In this document: positions 56,377-64,000 of the stretch, piece by piece
Layout: each line of letters begins with the position of its first letter
Position numbering within the stretch: the first letter of the stretch is position 1
Source of the DNA: Octopus sinensis
Lineage: Eukaryota
DNA length: 64,000 nucleotides
Direction: 5' to 3'
Assembly (NCBI RefSeq): GCF_006345805.1
Contig: NC_042999.1
Coordinates: forward strand, 59,458,001 to 59,522,000
Made by a program: the position numbers and the translations under genes
The notes under the pieces: generated by a model
Seen by the model: the letters and a program-made list of their open reading frames with translations, nothing else
Databases searched by the model: none
What the model was told of the DNA's origin: nothing

Positions 56377-57434
56377 CTCTTTTACTCTTTTACTTGTTTC
56401 AGCCATCCGGCTGAGGCCATGCTGGGGCACCGCCCTTGTTGCTACCCTCTCTAAGTCCAGTTTGCCGTGGCTGGACACTGATCTAAGAGAGAGTTTGTAG
56501 CTGCTGCCCTTAGGTTACCTTCGTACCTTGCAGTGGGTTCATCTGGGATCCCGGAAAGCAGCTTGTCTAGATGTTTTTTGAAAATGTCCACATCCGCATC
56601 ATGTAGATCTCTTAGTTTTCTTGGCAGTTTGTTGAAAAGCTGAGGGCCCCTGAACCCCGGGCTATTACAGTATCTGCTCCTTACCCTGGATGTGGAAGAC
56701 GGGACCTTTGGCACCACACAGTGACGTCCTGTACGGGGATTGGAACAGCTCTCAATTCCAAAATTTGGTGCTAGTCCCTCCAGGATTTTCCATATGTATA
56801 TCACTGCATATCTCTCTCGTCTTCGTTCCAAGGAGTACAAATTGAGTTCCCTAAGCCTCTCCCAATAGTTCTTTTCTTTCATGGTGGAAATCCTCTTGGT
56901 GAAATGTCTTTGGATTGTCTCAAGCTCTGTGGTTAGTTTGACACTATGCGGTGACCACAGTTGGTAGCAGTAGTCCAGGCGGCTTAGGACAAATGTCCTC
57001 CATAGTGTCAACATGGTCTCGCAGTCTCTTGTCCGGAATGTCCTCAGGATCCAGCCAGTGAGTCGTCTGCACATTGTCGCCACCTTCGCGATGTGTGAAG
57101 AAAAAGATGCATCGTCACTCATGTCTATCCCCAGGTCCCGTATTGATTTCGATACTGGGATTTCGATCCCTCCTGGACCAGTATAGTTGTGTTGTAATGT
57201 ATATGTGTTTACAGCTTGATATTGTATGGCTTGAAATTTACCAGCATTAAATTGCATGTTGTTGTCTTCAGCCCATTTGTATATGGCATCCAGATCTTGT
57301 TGTAAAAGGTCAGCATCAGCTGGGTTTTTGATTGCCTGTGCTACCTTTGTGTCATCAGCATAGCTAGTGAGGGATGTTGTTTGTGCTACCAAGGGCATGT
57401 CAGAGAGCGCCACCAAAAACAGCAAGGGTCCCAA
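56375..57434 (-). mobile_element. 5'-truncated CR1-group LINE (RT C-terminal half, open frame) in (AT)n
   Basis: LGPLLFL, YADDTK, IRDLGI, LDYCYQLWSP, YSLERRR; short 3' UTR ending in (GTAAAAGA)n. The ORF's annotated N-terminus is microsatellite read-through. Confidence 0.92.
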
Positions 57435-57452
57435 TATATATGTATATATATT

Positions 57453-57490
<38 letters not shown>

Positions 57491-58058
57491 TACATACATG
57501 CGTAAATACATACATATATTCATACATACATACAAAAATACATACATACATACATACATATGTATGTATATTTCCAGTATGATTGCTGTCCAATGACAAA
57601 ACCAAATAAGAGATAAAAGATACACACACACATACGCACACACGCACACACACACGCGCACACACACACACACACTTACGTATATTTGTGTGTATATATA
57701 TATATTCAAAAGTGTGTGGTTACAGGTTGCTTTGTCTCTTAAAAAAGCCCCACAATACGTACAGGCAAAAACCCAAGTTTGTGTATGAACATGTGAGTGT
57801 GCGTGTTTGCGAGAATGTGCAAGTGTATGTGTGTGTGTGTGTCTGTGTGTGTGTGTGTGTGTATGACTGTGTCAGTGCATGTCTGTGTCGTGTGTGTGTA
57901 TGAAGGACATACTCGTATCTGCACATATTTTAGGGAAACACGTAATAGAGTACGATGAAGTTGAATAATATATCATATATATCACTTGTGATTTCCAATC
58001 CTATATTTACAGATATAATATTTAATGTAGATGTATCTATTTGTATATATACATATAT

Positions 58059-58545
58059 ATAAAATACAGTGTACATTTAAACACATGAGGAATCCACTCG
58101 TGGGATTCAACACGCTAGAAAGAACAGCTAAGTTCCATAACCACAAAATTAGGGATAAAATTCGACAGGAACTAAATGAAAAAATAAAAACATTTTACCA
58201 TCTAGTTTCCTAGACCAATTGGTTTCTGATTTTAGTTCACCTAGTGAGTATATGTTATTTACTTGCTAAACTAAAATCAGAAACCAATTGGTCCAGGAAA
58301 CTAGATGGTAAAATGTATTTATTTTTTCATTTCGTTCCTGTCGAATTTTATCCCTATTTTTGTGGTTATGGAACCTAGCTGTTCTTTCTAGCGTGTTGAA
58401 TCCCACGAGTGGATTACTCATGTGTTTAAATGTATACTGTATTTTATGACTAATATATAGTCTTTGGACTAAATTTTTGCACGTTAGGCCACTGGAAGTG
58501 AAAATTTTAATTAATTTCCTTTTCCCTTTGATATGATTAAGTATA
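58059..58545. mobile_element. Foldback element with 179-bp inverted arms (58059-58237 / 58269-58447) and a 31-nt spacer, between AT-rich microsatellites
   Basis: Arms are near-perfect reverse complements. Confidence 0.85.
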
Positions 58546-58554
58546 CATATATAC

Positions 58555-58606
<52 letters not shown>

Positions 58607-58789
58607 CATACATTCGTTTATACACACGCATGCGCGCACATACACATACATACACGCATACACAGACACATATGTATAGTGCACATATATACATGCAGAC
58701 ATACATAAGGAGTGCATAACCATATATATCAGGTTGTTTAAATTGTTAAATACATCGCCTTACGTCTAGCACACATGGCACCCGCACAT

Positions 58790-58837
<48 letters not shown>

Positions 58838-61800
58838 ACACGTGGATATGCACGTGCGAAGATACACATGCGTTAACACAACGCAAACATACAAACTCAT
58901 TACATACGTGTGTGATTAACTATGGATATTTTTTCACCCCTCAATACACACGCGCTCCTTGAATGAACGCATGCGTGTTTGCGCGTAAGTGTGCGTGTGT
59001 GTGTGTGTGTGTGCATTTACACGTATTGCTATGCGTGAGAAGGCACACCACCAGTCATTATAAACCGAACTGATAACTTTTATTCTGGAATATGTGTAGC
59101 TATATAAGTGTTATTTAGCGATTGTTAAATTAAATTATTTGGCTAAATATAATAAGTTCACTTAGCATAGTACCACTTATAATGAAATTTGGTCCCATTG
59201 AGACTCACATCCATATGAATAATGTCTTAGTAATAATAAACAATAATAAAACGCAGATAAATAAAGCAACAAAACAACAAAGAAAGTTCGAAAGGAGAGA
59301 GGAGGAAAGGAAAAGAAAAGAATCAATGAAGGAATTTAGAAAAGAAAATAATATGCTAGTAAGAATAGGAAGATGTTGTGAGAAGAAGAAAGGCGATGGG
59401 GGTATGAAAAGAGAGAGATGGAGTTAAAGCAAATTCAAAATTGCATTAGTTTTTCATTGTTCTAATCGCGTTGATCTGGGGAAATGACGTAATCTATTTT
59501 TCCAACTCGTAGCATAGAGCTTATCTCACTATCTCAATTTTCTTCCTCACCAAATTGACGGCGTTTTACTTTTGATTTTCTTTTTAAACTTTGATTAAGA
59601 TGTTACCCAGGTAACTATTTCTTGCTCCCACCCACCACCCTTTACCGGTGCAAAGTTGCACCAATGCACTTGATAACTTTGTTGAGTGCATTGCCTTTTG
59701 TGATAAATATCTGCAGTAAGGTTATTAAGTTTACATGGTTCCATATATATATATATCTTTATATATTGTTCAGGAAACCTCGTGGAATACGCAATCTTCG
59801 TTTTCATAATTCTTTTCTTTGCTTATTTCTGTTTGGCTTGCTATAGTATTGATGATGATGTTGACATCGGTGTTGAAGCACACGATGGTGCTGCCGATAG
59901 TGGATGTTTTAACTCTGTAACCTATTCTCTAATTGTTTTATCAGTTCCCTACCTTCCTCACTTTTATACTCACCTCAACAAGTCAATTGTATCTGAAGTT
60001 TCCTCTTGCTTATCTATAGTTAGCCGTCTTTTTAATGAATATTCCTTGTTGAAATGCAGCTCTCAAAATTTAAGTGCACAATATTCTGTATTTGATTTGC
60101 AAATCTTGTTTCGACATCAAAGAGACTTTTACGAAAGCGTTGTTATTTGTTTATCGTTTATATATTTTTACTTTAGCTGTATTTCGTAACATCCGTCGAT
60201 TCGTGTTTGTTTATTCTTTGTTAAAAGCTATGCGTCAGAAAGACAATTTTGTATTTGAAAACATATTTATTACTTTTGAGAATATTTTCTTCAGAACTTC
60301 CAAACATTTGGCAGTGATAAAATACACCGACGCTGACAATGATATCAGTAACATTCACAATACAAGTAGTTTTAAAAGCAATTTATCAACGCCATGCTAG
60401 CATCAAGTCACTTGATCAAACAAGAAAGATAAGTTTACAGAAGTTGGAGACAAGAATGGAATTGCCACCTAGCACATGCGAAAGAGAAAAAACACAAAGA
60501 AACTCCATTCTTACTTCTAGAAGTTGAAAGGCTACAGAGAATAACAACAGTCGTAAAAGAATTAAAGTCTTCACTTAACGCATTTATCATGAAAATGTCT
60601 GAATTTCGTTTAGGCTCAGTACTGACCCAGCAGAATTAAGGCGAATCATCCCTAATTTCAATAAAAATAATAAGGTTTCAAATATAAAGTTTGCCCAGTA
60701 TCGAAAAGGAAACAGTGACCATATTCTCTAACATAATTAAAATGTCTGGGCTCGATTTAATTACGTAACCCCTTTATTCAAATTTCAAGTCTTATGACTA
60801 TTTTAGTAATTATCTATTTCTACATTTGGTACAAGACCATATATTTTCCATGGCTAGGATCTTTCATTATCTCTTTCTCACTCTCTCTCTCTCTGTATAT
60901 ATACATATATATATAGATATATATATATAGTGTGTTATAACAGAGCCATGTTTATGTAGTGTTCAATTCACATCCAGATGTAGGAAAATGTTTATTACGA
61001 AATCGCTCAGTTTATGGTCCGGCTAATTTTGTTTAGATCTTTTGTTCGGGTTCAGATCTTAACGATTCGTGTGACAATAACAGGACTTTTTATTCAATCG
61101 CATTGAGTTTCATCGTAAGTACATTTATTTTACTATAGCTTCAGATCAACCAAATCCCCGTCAATGAAATCATGTCAGATAATATGAAATCATGTCAGAT
61201 AAACCGTTCCTGTCCTGAGGCGACTTATTCTTTTCTACTATAGGCACAAGGTCGTAAATGTTAGAGAAAGGTGGTACTAGTCGATTATATCAACGAAAAT
61301 GGTACTTATTTTATCGACCTCGAACAAATAAAAGGCAAATTCGACTTTAGTGGAATTTGAGCTCAGAACAAAAAGACAGATGAAATACCCCTAAAATCTT
61401 GCTCAGATTGCTAACGATTCTCCCAGCCTACCACCCTTTCTTAGGTGCTGCGTTTACCCTCCTTGCTGGTGTATAGGACGCCTCTTTTTATTTATAAATG
61501 TACCAAAAATTGCCCTTCGTCTAATGCGCCTTATTGCGGATGGGAAACGAAATGTAAGATACAGAGCCTCATAAGCATAAATAAAAAATAAATAAATTTA
61601 TTAATCCAGTTTACATCGAATATTTAGTTATCGATTACAGTAAGTAAAGATTATAAAAAATTTTTCAGGAATTGCATAAAATATCGGATTAAGCCCTTTA
61701 GCAGCTTGGTTGATTTGGTCAAGTTGGTAAGAGGTCAAAAAATAAAAAAATAAACGGGCCAATAATTATAAAAGAAAACAGGAACATCCTTTGCAAGCAA

Positions 61801-62008
61801 GTAAGACAGTCAAAAACGTATATAAAAAGTGAATCTCTTTAAGTCTGGAAATATAAAATATTACAAATGTTATAAAATTGTTGCATGTTCCAACATGGAC
61901 ACTAAGACGTTGGCTTTCTTTGCAGGAAACCACTCTGTTGTAAGCATTCTGGCCAGAGTTTTTCAGTCTTGAAATAACTTCAACCATTCTGCCTACAATT
62001 CCAAGCCA

Positions 62009-62192
62009 GGCGTAGGAGTGGCTGTGTGGTAAGCAGCATGCTTACCAACCACATGGTTCTGGGCTCAGTCCCACTGCGTGGCACCTTGGGCAAGTGTTTT
62101 CTACTATAGCCTCGGGCCGACCAAAGTCTTGTGAGTGGATTTGGTAGACGGAAACTGAAAGAAGCCCGTCGTATATATGTATATATATATAT
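62009..62192 (+). mobile_element. SINE family A head, interrupted by a LINE
   Basis: Family A head; the (GT)n expected after the (AT)n resumes at about 63968. Confidence 0.88.
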
Positions 62193-63935
62193 GTTAGTTA
62201 GTTAGTTATTTAGTTAGTTAATTTGGCTCAAAAGCAAATAGCAAGGCCATGTAGGGGGACATGGAGTTAAGTACAGGGTGGTGTTTATGTAAAGAGTTCA
62301 GGCCACTTGAGGTCCAGGGAGGCTTTGAACAAAGCGGTCGTCGGCATCTTCACCATCTCGTCTGGCAGCTTGTTCCACGGATCCGCAACCCGGACGGAGA
62401 AAGCTCCTCTCCTTCGATTAAGATGAAATCGTCGCAGGTAGAGCTTTTCGGAATGACCCCGCAGCCGACGCTCTGGAGCAGGAGTGAAGAACAGCTCTTT
62501 CGAGAGGTTACACTTTCCGCTTATGATGTTGTGGGCGAGAATGAGATCACCACGGCGGCGGCGTTTTTCAAGAGAATAAAGGTCGAGCGTCCTCAGCCTT
62601 TCTTCGTAGGACAAATTTTTGAGACCATGAACCATGCGGGTAGCCAGCTTCTGGACTCTTTCGAGATGATGTATGTCTTTGAGGAGATAAAGAGAAGAGG
62701 CTTGAATCCCATACTCCAATATGGGTCTCACCAGCGTGACATAGAGTGGTAGGAATATGGCTGCCGTGAGCATTCCGAATGACCGTCGAATCAAGAACAG
62801 AATTCCTTTACCTGATCGGTCCTCTCCAGCAGCAGACGACCCGGCTCGAAATCAAGTTGAGTTGCAGGAGTAGAGCCGACAGGCAGATGACAGCACTTTG
62901 ACACGTTCAGACACAGGTCCCAATCGTTAGACCACTTCCAAATTTGGTGGAGGCATCGACGAAGATCCTCTATATTACCGCGAGGAGCGACCAGTTTGAT
63001 ATCGTCGGCAAATAGAAGGGTGTGTTGCGTGAGGTCGTCGGGCAAGTCATTTATGAAGACTAAGAACAACAAGGGCCCAAGCACTGAACCTTGAGGCACG
63101 CCACTGCTCGCACTGGAGACGTCGGACCGCGAACCATTAACTTGGACTTGGAAGGAGCGATCTGAGAGGAAGGCACCAACCCATCGTACAATATCCGGAT
63201 GGAAACTATATGCTTGAAGCTTGACAAGTAATAGGCGGTGGTTTACCGAGTCAAAAGCTTTGGCAAAGTCCAATAAAACGATGTCAATAGCATCACTATC
63301 ATCGAGGATACCCGTCACCAATTCTTCCATTACTAGTAAGTTGGTCAAGCATGATCTCTTCGGCACGAAGCCGTGTTGGGAATCAGAGATAGAGGCTGTG
63401 TTTAGGAGGTGGAGCATCATACTTTTCTTAAGGATGGTTTCGAACATCTTGCTGATTATTGATGTAAGGGAAACCGGTCGGTAGTTAAGCGGGTCTTCGC
63501 GGCTCCCAATCTTGAAAATTGGGCAGATTATCGCTGTTCTCCAGTCTGCAGGTATAACACCCGTCGCTAATGACATATTGAATAGTCGTGTTAAGGGCTC
63601 GCAGATGACCGGAGCCAACGCTTTGATAACCCGTGGGTGTATGCCGTCAGGGCCGTGACCCTTGTTGACATCGAGGCCTTGAATAACACGTTTGACTTCG
63701 TCCCGCGTGATGACCAATCGAAGCATTGGAGGTACCGATCTATCAAATGGAGGGGGTTCACGACCATCATCTTGTTTGAAAATAGTTGAAAAAGCCTAGG
63801 CAAATAATTGACTCTGTTGATAAGGGTCCTCAATCGATACACCTGTTGAGTCTACCAACGTTGCAATCTGGTTGTTCAAGCGGGAATTCCGCTGGACATG
63901 GGCAAAGAAGGTTTTTGTATTCATAACTGAAGCGT
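62193..63935 (-). mobile_element. 5'-truncated CR1-group LINE, RT domain, with internal deletion/frameshift near 62800 and a (TAAC)n tail
   Basis: KGHGPDGIHP, YRPVSLTS, QHGF, DFAKAFD, GVPQGSVLGPLLF, FADDIK, RPILEYG, YSLEKRRRRGDLI. Confidence 0.93.
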
Positions 63936-64000
63936 TCTTTCTTTTCAATTTTCACGGCTCGGTCTCGTTGTGTGTGTGTGTATGTGTGTGTGTGAGTGTG

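Overview
AT-rich, repeat-saturated eukaryotic DNA. The microsatellite density and repeat families look like a coleoid cephalopod (Octopus-type) genome; this is inferred from repeat style, not from a database match. No host protein-coding gene is recognisable, and nearly all listed ORFs are microsatellite translations. The real coding remnants are retrotransposons: a near full-length, frameshifted R4/Dong-like RT + REL-endonuclease LINE in an (AAT)n tract (37524-41704), fragments of relatives (one with a 5' inversion), and two 5'-truncated CR1-group LINEs. There are also at least three tRNA-derived SINE families, hAT MITEs and a 2.5-kb long-TIR element. The most striking signal is a set of small non-coding elements inserted in (AT)n tracts as head-to-head foldbacks or partial tandems. 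The best preserved (48211-49049) carries two intact type I hammerhead ribozymes 354 nt apart plus a 181-bp inverted arm, a Penelope pseudo-LTR / retrozyme-like architecture. Decayed hammerheads and shared, partly covarying motifs occur in its relatives. A compact YY1/NRF1/ETS motif cluster at about 34.8-34.9 kb is the only host-promoter-like signal. Coordinates were counted by eye and may be off by a few bases.
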